Source: Octopus sinensis
Lineage: Eukaryota
Direction of reading: 5' to 3'
Assembly (NCBI RefSeq): GCF_006345805.1
Contig: NC_043014.1
Span: 1-64,000 of the forward strand
DNA: 64,000 nucleotides
Made by a program: the position numbers and the translations under genes. Positions within the stretch are counted from its first letter, which is position 1, and each line of letters begins with the position of its first letter. The notes below the pieces were generated by a model. It worked only from the letters and a program-made list of their open reading frames with translations, searched no databases and was not told where the DNA came from. Shown piece after piece: positions 1 through 11,050 of the stretch.

Positions 1-344
1 CATTTGCCTACATTCTGAGTTCAAATTCTACTGAGGTTAGTGTTAACTTTTATTTTACTGGGAATAACCCTGGCCTTCATTTAATTTTGTCTTTTCTCTC
101 ACAGATTGAAAATATAAAAATACTGCATTTTTTAATTCTTTTTGTATTTGAGAAGAGAGAAAAAGAGTGTGTGCGGTGTCAAGACTACACATGACAATAT
201 AACGAGAGACAGGACTGAACTAGTGATGTTGATAGTCAAATTCAATATCTTTCAGTAAATAACTGTGGGCAAAATATGGGTGGATCATGCTATATATATA
301 TATATATATATATATATGCATATGTGTGTGTGTATATATATATA

Positions 345-560
345 TCATCATCATCATCGTTTAACGTCCGTTTTCCATGCTAGCATGGGTTGGACGGTTC
401 GACCGGGGTCTAGTTCGACCAGGCTCCAGTCTGATCTGGCAGTGTTTCTACAGCTGGATACCCTTCCTAACGCCAACCACTCCGTCAGTGTAGTGGGTGC
501 TTTTTACGTGCCACCAGCACAGGTGCCAGGCAAGGCTGGCAATGGCCACAATCAGTTGGT
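345..560 (-). repeat. RTE-3'-UTR-derived short repeat with (CAT)n tail
   Basis: catcatcatcgtttaacgtccgttttccatgctagcatgggttggacgg matches the reverse complement of the 31060-31260 tail. Related copies lie at ~600-815(-), 2790-3015(+), 5600-5820(+), 16655-16830(-), 19160-19370(-), 28940-29170(-), 33990-34265(+) and 44460-44560(+). Confidence 0.85.
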
Positions 561-1009
561 GCTTTTTATGTGCCACCGGTACGATGCATACATATACATT
601 GTCGTCGTCATCATCATTTGATGTCTTTATTGCATGCTGACAAGGTGTGAACACTTTGACAGGATGCAACTAGTCAGACAGTTGCATCGAGCTCCAATGT
701 CTGTTTTGGTATGGTTTTTATGGCTGGATGCCCTTCCTAATGCCAACCAATTTATAATGTACATGAGTACTTTTTTTCATAGTACCAGCACTAGTGAGGT
801 TATTAAGTGAAGAATGGATTATAAGATGTTCAAACATTGATCTTCATCTTATATATGCAATTCCCTGTACCTGTTAGTGTCTGTCACATAAGGATTATGA
901 AGTGAAGCTGCGTAGCTTAGTGGTCACGGTATTTGGCTCATGAATGTGGGCTGCTCCTGGTTGTCGCATAATGCATGTATGTTGTGTATGTATCATTATC
1001 ATAATAATT

Positions 1010-1500
1010 TTCATGCCAAGTTCTCTAAAACTGGTCCTCTGGAATACATTTCTTGTATTTATTAGTGATCTTCTTTATCAGATCAGCTTTCACCCCAGTT
1101 TTCCACAGTTACCTGCTTCTTCTGATCACCTGGCATTTCTTTACCTATCTTTTATAATCCATACACATTACCTGTCCAGGCCAATAAAGCATCTGATTTT
1201 CTTTCTATCCAGTTTATCCCTCTGCTCATCTATATCCTATTGTTCTTACTCATTAACATTACACATCCTCTGAAGCATTCCTGCTTCACTTCTCAGCAAC
1301 CATCACACATCCTCTCTATTCACTGCCCATATTTCACTAGCGTCCAGTGTTGCACATTGCTCACACGCAACATACTATCTACCTTTTGCTTTGATACAGA
1401 GTCCCTTTGGTACTAGTAGACGTAATAACTCTCTAATCTTCTTCCATGCTGTTTATATTCTTGATAATATAATGTAGTCAGAGTATCTTCATCCACAGTT
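1010..1500 (-). mobile_element. Old, highly decayed RTE 3' fragment
   Basis: Minus-strand translation AWKKIRELL.LL..KG resembles the RTE region after RT seen in the other copies. Confidence 0.5.
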
Positions 1501-2098
1501 GATCATATAAACACACACACACACGTATATATATATATATATATATATATAGGTATGTTTTTGGTGGAAACAGGAAAAATAGAACTGTGTATATTTTTAT
1601 TAATATTTAGCAGATGCAACAGAATGACTCAAGATCTGAGAGTTTCATGCATTGACACTTATCAAACTAGTTACAGGTTGAAGTCTGCATGTTTATATAG
1701 CTGTTGATAAACAAATAAATATATTTCTCTATGGAATGTTCTAGAATGAATTATGATAATGTCACGTGGATAATTCAAAAATTTCAAAAGTTGTTCAATA
1801 AACAAATACATAGATAAATAAGAAAAGAAACAAAGAGGGAAAAAGAAAATCAAAAAAGAATATTGCACATCACATCATACACATACTCACATATACACAC
1901 ACACACACATACATAGATACGCTTATCAAAACAAAACAAACCCCACAAAATTTGCAGATAAATGTATGAGAGAAAGTGCGCATGAATTAACCATATGGGT
2001 TTGCATGCATATATATTCATGCATACATGTATACATGCACACACATGTATACATACAAACATATATGCACACATATGTATATACACATACACACACCC

Positions 2099-2132
<34 letters not shown>

Positions 2133-2229
2133 TGACATATACATACACACACATACACACACGTATACATAAATGTAGGTAGCAAAAATTATCTACAACT
2201 TCCAGAGAGCCGCTGGGACATTTAAGGAG

Positions 2230-2452
2230 ATGAAAATGCAGCTCAGAGGTCACCATTTTAACACCATTGTCAAAATCCAGAGCAAATTACAGAAGGTCCT
2301 TAACTCACAGAAAACAACTTTCAGGCCAGATTCAAAAGGTGGAAGGAATGCTGGGACAAGTGTGTTGCTACACAAGATGACTTTTGAAGGATGTAATGTT
2401 AAAATAAGTTATTTTTTTATTAACTAGTCTGAGAACCTTTTGATACCACCTC
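2230..2452 (+). mobile_element. Mariner transposase 3' fragment with right TIR
   Basis: MKMQLRGHHFNTIVKIQ...W..CWDKCV is a mariner C-terminal pattern. Ends gaaccttttgataccacctc. Confidence 0.75.
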
Positions 2453-3324
2453 TCTCTTTCTCTCTCTCTCTCTCACACATACACACACACACACATATAT
2501 ATATATACACATATATACACATATACAACAGAGTGTAAATGAGTTGAGAGAAAAACTGGGTATGTGAGGCATGAGATGTAGTGTGCAAGGGAGAACACTG
2601 CATTGATATGGTCATGTAATATGTATGGATGAGGAGAGCTGCATCAAGAGGTGCCAATCTCTAATTGTGGAGGGAACCTGAGGAAGGGATAGGCCCAGGA
2701 AGATGTAGAACAAAGTGGTGAGAAAGAATCTTCAGACATTAAACCTCACAGAGAAGGTGACAAGGGACCTAGATTTGGAGGACAGTGGGTGCTGTTTCCA
2801 CGTGAAAGCACCATGCTGGTACTGCATAATAAGTAACCCCCAATGCACTGTGTAAAATAGTTGACATTAGGAAGGGCAGCAGTATAAACCATGTCTAATC
2901 ATACATGGAACCCTGGCAGCTCTTAAGCTGGCTAGCTCCTGCCAAAATGTCTAACCCATGCAAAGATGGAAAACAAATGTTCAATAATGATGATGATGAT
3001 GATGATGATGATGATACTTTACATACATAATACATGCATATATTTATTAGACAGAATGAGATAACAAATCCAAGGCTGTGAGGAGTTTTCAGAATATTTA
3101 TAATGAAATAGTCTATAATACATACATTCATAAATATATACATACAAAGCTTTGGTGAGTAGGAAAAATCAGAATTCTGTCAATATCAGGGAAATAGCTA
3201 TATTCAATACATAAACATGTGGAGGAAAAAAAGACTGTATAAATTATACAATATATTCAATGTAAACTGTATATGTCTATATGTTTGTGTATATGTACAT
3301 ATGTATGCATGTATACATGCAACG

Positions 3325-3590
3325 AAACAGTAATGAGGAATCAACAGACTTTAGGTCCATTATTTATGTTATTTACATTTGATGGATATTTGTCCTCATC
3401 TTGTTTGTTGTTAACATGTTTCGGTTGATATACCCTCCAGCTTTTATCAGGTGTGTTGCGAAAATTTCGAACCTGGGTTCTCATTCCTAAGGTATTTTTC
3501 AATGTTATTATTATTATTATTCAAATCACTGCCTGGAATCAAACTCGGAATCTTGGGGTTAGTGGCCTGCACTACATCATATGGACATGG
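3325..3590 (-). repeat. Penelope pLTR-type repeat with degenerate minimal hammerhead motif
   Basis: Minus strand 3460-3410 reads acacac-CTGATAA-aagctggagggtatatcaacc-GAAA-catgttaac. The core G8 is mutated and stem II is imperfect. Confidence 0.65.
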
Positions 3591-3627
3591 TATATTTTTA
3601 CTAACATAAAGTTCATATATATACATA

Positions 3628-5135
3628 TGTTGGACAACTTGACAGGAATTGGGAAGGCCAGGGTCTGCACCAGATTCCATAATCTGTTTTGGCTTGGTTT
3701 CTATGGTTGGGTGCTTTTCCTAATGCCAACCACTTCAGAATGTAGTGGGTGTTTTTTACATGGCACCATCACCAGTGCTTTTTAAGTGGCACCGGCACCC
3801 ATACCATTCCTTTCTATGTCCTGGTTTTAGAATCTCAATTCTGTTGTGGGCAGGTCTTCTCAAGTACAGCAATGCACTAAATATCTCAGTCCTCTCTCAT
3901 CTCCTTTGTAAGGCTCAGCATTTTGAGATCAGCTTTCAATATTTTGTCCCATGTCTTTTCCTGAAATTCTTTCCACTTTAAGTGACCAAACCAGTACAGT
4001 CTCCTCCGTGGCACACTGCATCTAATTCCTCTTGTGCTCAGCTTCTCTCTCAATACACAAATGCTTTGTTGTACAAGCACACTAACATTGCACATCCAGC
4101 AGAACAGATCAGCTTCATTCCTCTCCAGCCTTTGCATGTCTTCTGCATTCAGAGTCCATATTGCACTATCATGCAGCATCACAGTTTGTACACACTTTTC
4201 GTATAACCTCCTCCACTGCTAAATAGGGCACCCAGGTAGCAGAAAGTATCTACAACTTCCAGAGAGCCACTGGGACATTTAAGGAGATCAATCACCTGTG
4301 TATTTATGGCCATTATGGCTTCCGTACATCTTCCACATACAAATACTACTTTCCCTGTTAACCTTACTACTAATCTACTGCACCTCTTGTGTGTCCATAG
4401 CTTGCACTGGGTACACTGAATGGAGTTTCGGTCTACACCCCCTACTACAGAGCCATTTCCCTGATGGATGAAGAGTCCTGTCCAATTCTTTGCTTACTCA
4501 GACCTTGGTCTTTGCTAGTTTATTTTAAGATTCTTAGATTCCATACTCTGTTTCTACACCTGAAATTCCTTTTCTAATTCTGTTGCTATGAAGACAAGAT
4601 CGTCAGCATACAGTAGTTCTCATGGGCTTCCAGTTTTAAATTCCTTTGATATGTCTTGGAGAACAATGATGAATAGGAGCGGGGCTGAGGACAACCCTTG
4701 GTGGACACCTACCTGTACACTAAATTCGTCACTGTACCTATGGCCAACTATTACATTACTAACAGCACCCCTGTACATGGATAGCCTGTACTGCTTTCAT
4801 AAGCCATACATCTACAAGAGACCACCATCTCACAGAGCAAGACACTTTGTTGAAGGCTTTCTCTAGCTAACAAATACCAAATGAAATGGCTTGTTCTTAG
4901 CTAAGTATATTTCTTGTAGTTGCCTGACTATGAAAATAGTATTTGTGGTACTTCTTCCCAGACAAAGCCAATCTGCATTTCATCTAGTCTAATTCTGTTC
5001 CCGATTGGGCCATAACTCTCTCCACAACTTTTGTCACATGGTCCAGCAATATGATGCCTCCATAATTACTTCTATCTAAGACATCTCACTTGTCCTCACA
5101 GCAGCTGACTATGATACTGCTGCACTAGTCACTAG
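3628..5135 (-). mobile_element. 5'-truncated RTE LINE (RT to 3' UTR)
   Basis: Minus strand shows LLYADDLVFIA (~4590-4620), MMLHDSAIW...RLERNE...RRRLYWFGH and KTWDKILKADL. Same family as 41570-44460. Confidence 0.9.
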
Positions 5136-5844
5136 AAATTACTGTGCACAGATAGGTTGCCAAATGCATTTTTGCCAAAGGACAAGAAACCAAAGCCAAG
5201 GAGCTGAACGGACACAATAATTAAAAAAAAACATTCCTACCTACATAGTTTAAGGACCAATTCATCAATTTGGTACCTAAGATTAAACAAGATTAAATTT
5301 TAATTTTCATATGCCTTTTTGGCATCTTATCCGTTTGGCTTTATGTCCTTAGGCAAAAGTGCGTTCAGCATCCTGTCTGTGTACTAGGATTACACCTTCC
5401 TGAATAACCTGACTATCTGCACAGGTAACCATTATTATTATTACAATTTGTTACTACATGCCTTTTAGTTCTTATGACCACAACAGAGATAGGTAGCATG
5501 GTGAACTCAGTCAAAGAGAGATAAACTGTTATTGTTTTTGTACAACAGTAATTTGTTTCTCATATAAGAGAAAATCTCTCAGTTGGAGGATCTTGTCTTA
5601 TAAGTTATTTGGCATCTCATTGACGCTGGTACCTCATAAAAAGCACTCAGTGTACACTGTAAAGAGATTGGTGTTAGGAAGGGCATTGAGCTATAGAAAC
5701 CATATTAAAGCAGACAGCAGAGTTTGGGTCAGTCTTCTACCTTTCTGGTGCCTGTCGAACCATTCAGTCCATGCAGTATGGAAAACGGACGTTAAATGAT
5801 GTGATGATCACGATCATGACGATAACTACACTCTCTCCCCCCCA

Positions 5845-5905
<61 letters not shown>

Positions 5906-6304
5906 CATCAATCCACCTGACCCCTGCATTTATTCCTACTCTCTACCAAGAGGTTACAGTCCTCCATCAAATCAACAGGAACTTTACCAAAACTCTAACC
6001 AAGCCCAGTCAGTTCCACAAAAAACCCGTAGATTTCTTCAAATTATGGAGAAAATAAAATGAAAAAAATATCGATTTTGTTTTGTGCATGTTTCACTATT
6101 GTCATGAACACCGCTACCACCAGCACCACCACTAACACAACAACCACTTCTACCACAACCAACACCAAAACCACCAGCACTACTGACACGACTTCACCAT
6201 CGCCACTATCACAACCATTTCGTATTCAACAACTACCACCATAACAAAATTATCAACAATTACCACCGCCACGAATGTTAATCTTACTGTTTCTATTTCT
6301 ATCT

Positions 6305-6453
6305 GTCAGTCTCTCTCTCTCTCTCTATAGACAGACAGACAGACAGGTAGATAGATAGCGAGAGTGAGAGAGAGAGAGATAGATAGACTGATAAATAGAT
6401 AGAAAGGTAGACAGACAGACAGACAGATAGATAGATAACGAGAGTGAGAGAGT

Positions 6454-6486
<33 letters not shown>

Positions 6487-6539
6487 TAGACTGATAAATA
6501 GATAGAATGGTAGACAGACAGACAGAGGGACAGACAGAC

Positions 6540-6584
<45 letters not shown>

Positions 6585-6590
6585 TAGACA
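6305..6590. repeat. Compound (AG)/(GATA)/(GACA) microsatellite with higher-order duplication
   Basis: The anchor gatagactgataaatagatagaa(a/t)ggtagacagacag occurs twice ~105 bp apart. Confidence 0.9.
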
Positions 6591-7001
6591 CGCGCGCACT
6601 AATTTTGTCTAGTTGCGTGTATCAGTATGAGAGAGTGGGAGGAAAAGAGAAAGAGAGGCGGAGAAATCGTGGTAGTGGTGGTGGTGGTGATGGTGTTTAG
6701 AGGCATTTGAGAATAGAGGAGAAGGCAGAATGAGGAGTAAACAGAGGGGGAGTATGGTGAGTGTGAAAGCGTGAGGGAAAAACTGTTATTAAATGCCAGT
6801 TACTGGGCCAGCAGTGGTGGGGGGAGCGCCGAAGCCAAATGTACTTTTACGTTGTTCGCTGCGCACGCGCGCGTATTTGTGTGAAATTTATGGTGTGTGT
6901 ATGTGTATGTGAAAGAGTGTGCGTATGTATGTGTACCTTAGTTAAGCGTGCGTTTTGCGTATCAAGTATGTAAAATAAAAGTAAATACTTTGAATAAAAT
7001 G

Positions 7002-7055
<54 letters not shown>

Positions 7056-7130
7056 CTATGTATAGAATGTATTAGCGTGTGATTCTTAACTTGTGCGTGT
7101 GCGTGCGTTTCCTCGCTGGAACGAAAACTA
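6590..7130. promoter_or_regulatory. CpG-rich patch with NRF1/Ewg-type motif; candidate promoter
   Basis: Locally dense CpG in a CpG-poor background. TGCGCACGCGCG at 6860-6871 matches YGCGCAYGCGCR. There is no transcript evidence. Confidence 0.4.
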
Positions 7131-7676
7131 GGTGATTGTATTCTGGAATAATAAAACTAGGTTGTCTGTCACACACACACACACGTGTGTGCGTGTGTGT
7201 TCTTTTCTTCACCTCTGTAAATTACTATTAAACTAATTCCACAACCTGTTTTCCAGTTTTGGATGGCTAAACCCTAAGTTTTCACAACAAAACCTCTTGT
7301 GTAGCTGTGGCTTCTTTAAAGTACATTCGTTTAAATAAATAATTATTAACATTTATTTCTCACAAACTTATTTTCATTTTCTCTATTTTTATCTTTTGTT
7401 GAGTCCAACTTATGTTTAATTTTTTTAAACTTTCAAGTATGAGAAGGAAGTTCATCTTTGTTGGTTTTCTTTTAGGTTCTCTAGGTAAAATGAGACCAAT
7501 TTTTCCACGCATTCACCGAAAACTTGCCCCAAAAGTGCATGACCGCCACAACCCCTCAACTTCCCCAAATCTTCTACCTTTGTTGAACTACACAACTGGA
7601 CACCTGTTAGGGTGTTTGTGATCCCTTAATCTGGTAGATATAACAGCCAATTCTCCTTCTAGATGATATCCTACTG

Positions 7677-8109
7677 CAGGGGTTACCAAACTACGGCCCT
7701 CGAGGTCAGTTCATCCGGTCAGCCGCCGCTCTGGAAACTTATACCTTTTTCAAAAACTGATGTGAAGGCAGCACAAGGTTGACTGATGAACATTTGAAAG
7801 CAATTCTCTTGGTTGGATGCAGCAATTCCAAAGCAAATATTGATGATATCTTAAAAGCTAAACACCTGTTTCACAAATCTCTCTAACGTTTTTTGATGCT
7901 TAGTTTGTGAGATTCGGATATGTGCGCACTGGGTGAGATATAATTATTGCTAACGTCGCCTTCTTTGATAGCTTTTTTTTTTTTGGTAAATAAATATGTT
8001 TGTTGTCCTTATTTTTTGTGTATTCCCTGTGTTGTAGCAAACAAACTATGCGACCCGCGCACGTCGTTCTCTATCTGACCCGTCGGGGAAAAAATTTTGG
8101 TGACTCGTA
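7677..8109 (+). mobile_element. Non-autonomous hAT element with transposase C-terminal remnant
   Basis: 8-bp TSD tcctactg at 7669-7676 and 8110-8117. TIRs caggggttaccaaa / tttggtgactcgta (degenerate). Internal RLTDEHLKAIL resembles the hAT dimerisation-domain end. Confidence 0.88.
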
Positions 8110-8284
8110 TCCTACTGTATACAACATAAACACATTGGATGAGATTGCTATGGTTGGAACGCCTTTCTTCATAATGCTGTTGGCTGGACTGACCTAGGGT
8201 TAAACAATGTATAACCATACTATTTTAATACATTTCTTTTTACTTCAGCTGTTTCATCATTCGATAGTGTTGGTCACTAACAAC

Positions 8285-8450
8285 AGCGAGCCTCCACACG
8301 GTCAAGTGATTTGCTAGAAACATCAGCGAAATTTCCCCCTTGCCAATTCCAAAGGTTGGACCACATTATTTAATGTGTTTTCTTTTTAAGAGGCTGTGAG
8401 AGATTTAGCTACTATTTCTAGCAGGTCGAGCAGCTATGTAGTAACTCCTA
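8285..8450. repeat. Short element with ~50-bp imperfect inverted ends (ctagaaatagcagccaaatct-type family)
   Basis: gatttgctagaaacatcagcgaaatttccc versus gagagatttagctactatttctagcagg. Similar words occur at ~30140, ~38380 and ~61930. Confidence 0.4.
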
Positions 8451-9912
8451 ATGTCGAAGACGATGAATTGGACAGAAACGGTCGAAAACCACCACCGCTA
8501 ATGGCCTTGCAGAGCAAAGCCTAACCGCTGGACGTTCTGACTGAAAAAAGAGGCCCCGACGGGTTTTAATTTTCACCACTTCCTTATCAACATCACCAAC
8601 ATCATCGTCATCATCTTTATTTATTTAGCCCTTTGTGACCCTAGACTGTTCCTAACCAATGAGGACGTAAATTCTTTTGAATTTGGGGACTTTCGGAGGA
8701 TTTTTTTTTTAGTTCACCCATGACAAAGTTATTACTGTAATAATGATCTAGAGTGAATCTTAGAATAAAAACAGATGGAATGAATACCACAAGGCATGCT
8801 ATGCGACCCTCAAATGATCCCACCAGTCCCTGTTTCATTGCTTTGGGCTGCTGTTTATTTACTTTCCCCGAAAGGATCAATGTCAAAATTGATCTTGGTA
8901 TGCAAAGAGCCTGCACAAATTACAAGCATTTAATCTGATGTTCTACCAATTCTGCCAGATTTACTGCTATGGATCTGAACTTCTGCAGGCTAATGTTTGT
9001 TGGGGAAAACAGGCTGAGATAAGGAGTGGAAGATTCCAAGGGAAAAAAAAAGATTGGAGAAAGATAAAATTTGCATGGAAGGAGAATGAAATGCGTTGCT
9101 AATTAAATTTTGACCATTGGTCAAGCTGCTTCAGATGTTGTCAAAGTTGTGCATAATGGCAACACAATCCTGTATCTATGGGTTGTACTTGTAGAGGACT
9201 GACCAGGCCTTATGCTTGACCCCATTGCCATTCTTCTTCATCAATTAATCCTCTGGAATCACATGGGACCAACCTGCACAGGACAGTCCTTTAGTTGTTT
9301 TCTTGCAACACTTTAAATGCAAAAATTAACAATAACGATCTTTCCAGGTTTGAAAACTTACAGAGGTTGTGAGTTCTACTTCTTCTTCCAAACCAAACTA
9401 ATAAACAGATCTGGCCCTTATGAAGAACTCCACATAGGGAACGCCATACATTTAGCTGGGGCTTTGTCAGTATTATACATGGAGCCACCATGAGGAGAAA
9501 CACTATTCTGGTGATATCTTATATACATAGACAGACAGACGAACAGCTGGACAGCTGGCTGGATGGATGAACAGACAGACAGATATGGGAGGGAGGTCAC
9601 CATGGAATGTCATTATAGATTTTTAGGCTCAATATATGCAATGAGTTTCACTGTTTTAGTTATGTATTATATTTAAACCCAGGCAGTAAGACTGAGAATA
9701 TATCCTAACTGTGTCTAGAAATGACATCACTGAAGGATGGAGAACATAAACCATGTCATTCATCAGTTAACATCCTTTTAAAATGTGGAAGACACAAAGA
9801 AAGCAGGGTTAAACAGAGGGTTGTGAACCTCAGGTTGTTAGTCAGTGAGGACTGAACCCATAAACATGTGGTTAGGTAGAAAACCTCTTACCACACAACT
9901 ACACTTGTGCCA

Positions 9913-9946
<34 letters not shown>

Positions 9947-11050
9947 ACCTTTGTCTTGACGTCACCTGGTAGTTGCAAATAGGTGTCAGTGTCTAATATA
10001 TGTAGTGTTGTTCATTTTCAAAGTCCAATGAAACCTGTCCAAGCATGGAGAGGTATTGTGTTGCTTTGTATCAAGAAAGGGTTGGTCACAGGAAAGGCAT
10101 CTGGCCACATACAATTTGCTTCAATGAATTCCTTCTAACGCATACATGCATTGAAAAACGATGATGTATAGAAAGAGAGAGAGAGAGAGGTACATACATT
10201 CACACACCCACACACTACAAGCTTCTATCCAGTTTCCATCTACTAAATTTCACTCCCAAGATATTGGTCAACCAAAAGCTATGTTAGAAGACATTTGCTC
10301 CATGGTTACACACATGTTACAGCCCAAAATCAAATGGTTACAAAGGAAATTCTAAACTCCCTGCCCCCCCCTCCACGCATACTCACACAGACATTGTTTA
10401 TTTTTATTGTTTTTTGATTGTCTATTTTTCTTATTTTTCATTTATTTCTATTTCACACCATCTTTTTTACTATTTTCGGTTTCAATGACAACCGACATTT
10501 AGGTTTTGTTAAAAGCTGTGGTGATCAGCATCATCCTTCAAAGCTCAGAATCGTAACAAAGAGTTATCTCTGTGCCACAATATAGAGTTACAGTCTCTTT
10601 TAATACTTTCCCCTCTTGTTTTTGAATTAAAATCTAGATTTCATTTGACCCATGCAAACCTAGAAAAGCTAACACTGGAACAACAACTATGATAATGATG
10701 ACCACAGCCAGCCTGCCACCCCCTTTACACCTCTTCTACATCCTTCCTACTCTTTTTCTTTGTATGAAGCTTGGCCATTTCTCTCAGTAGGATCCTATCT
10801 TCTTAGTCTTCCCTAACCCTAACACCTCTCGATTCAAGGTTTTGTTTCAGTATCTGAAATTTCTTCTTTCAATCTTTCAGACTCTGAGTCATACTCCACT
10901 ACTTATGACTCTCACTGAGTCTTGCTCCCAGTTATGGTAAGGGTTCATGTATCTATGGAATACTCAATCATTTTCACACTAATTGAACAACTGAGACTCA
11001 GAAATTCTGATTAACATTCATTTTATACATACACATATCCACACTTATAT

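Noticed and set aside
6059-6244. ORF resembling a signal peptide plus Thr-rich mucin
   Set aside because: The Thr run is an ACC/ACT low-complexity tract; there is no splice or family support.
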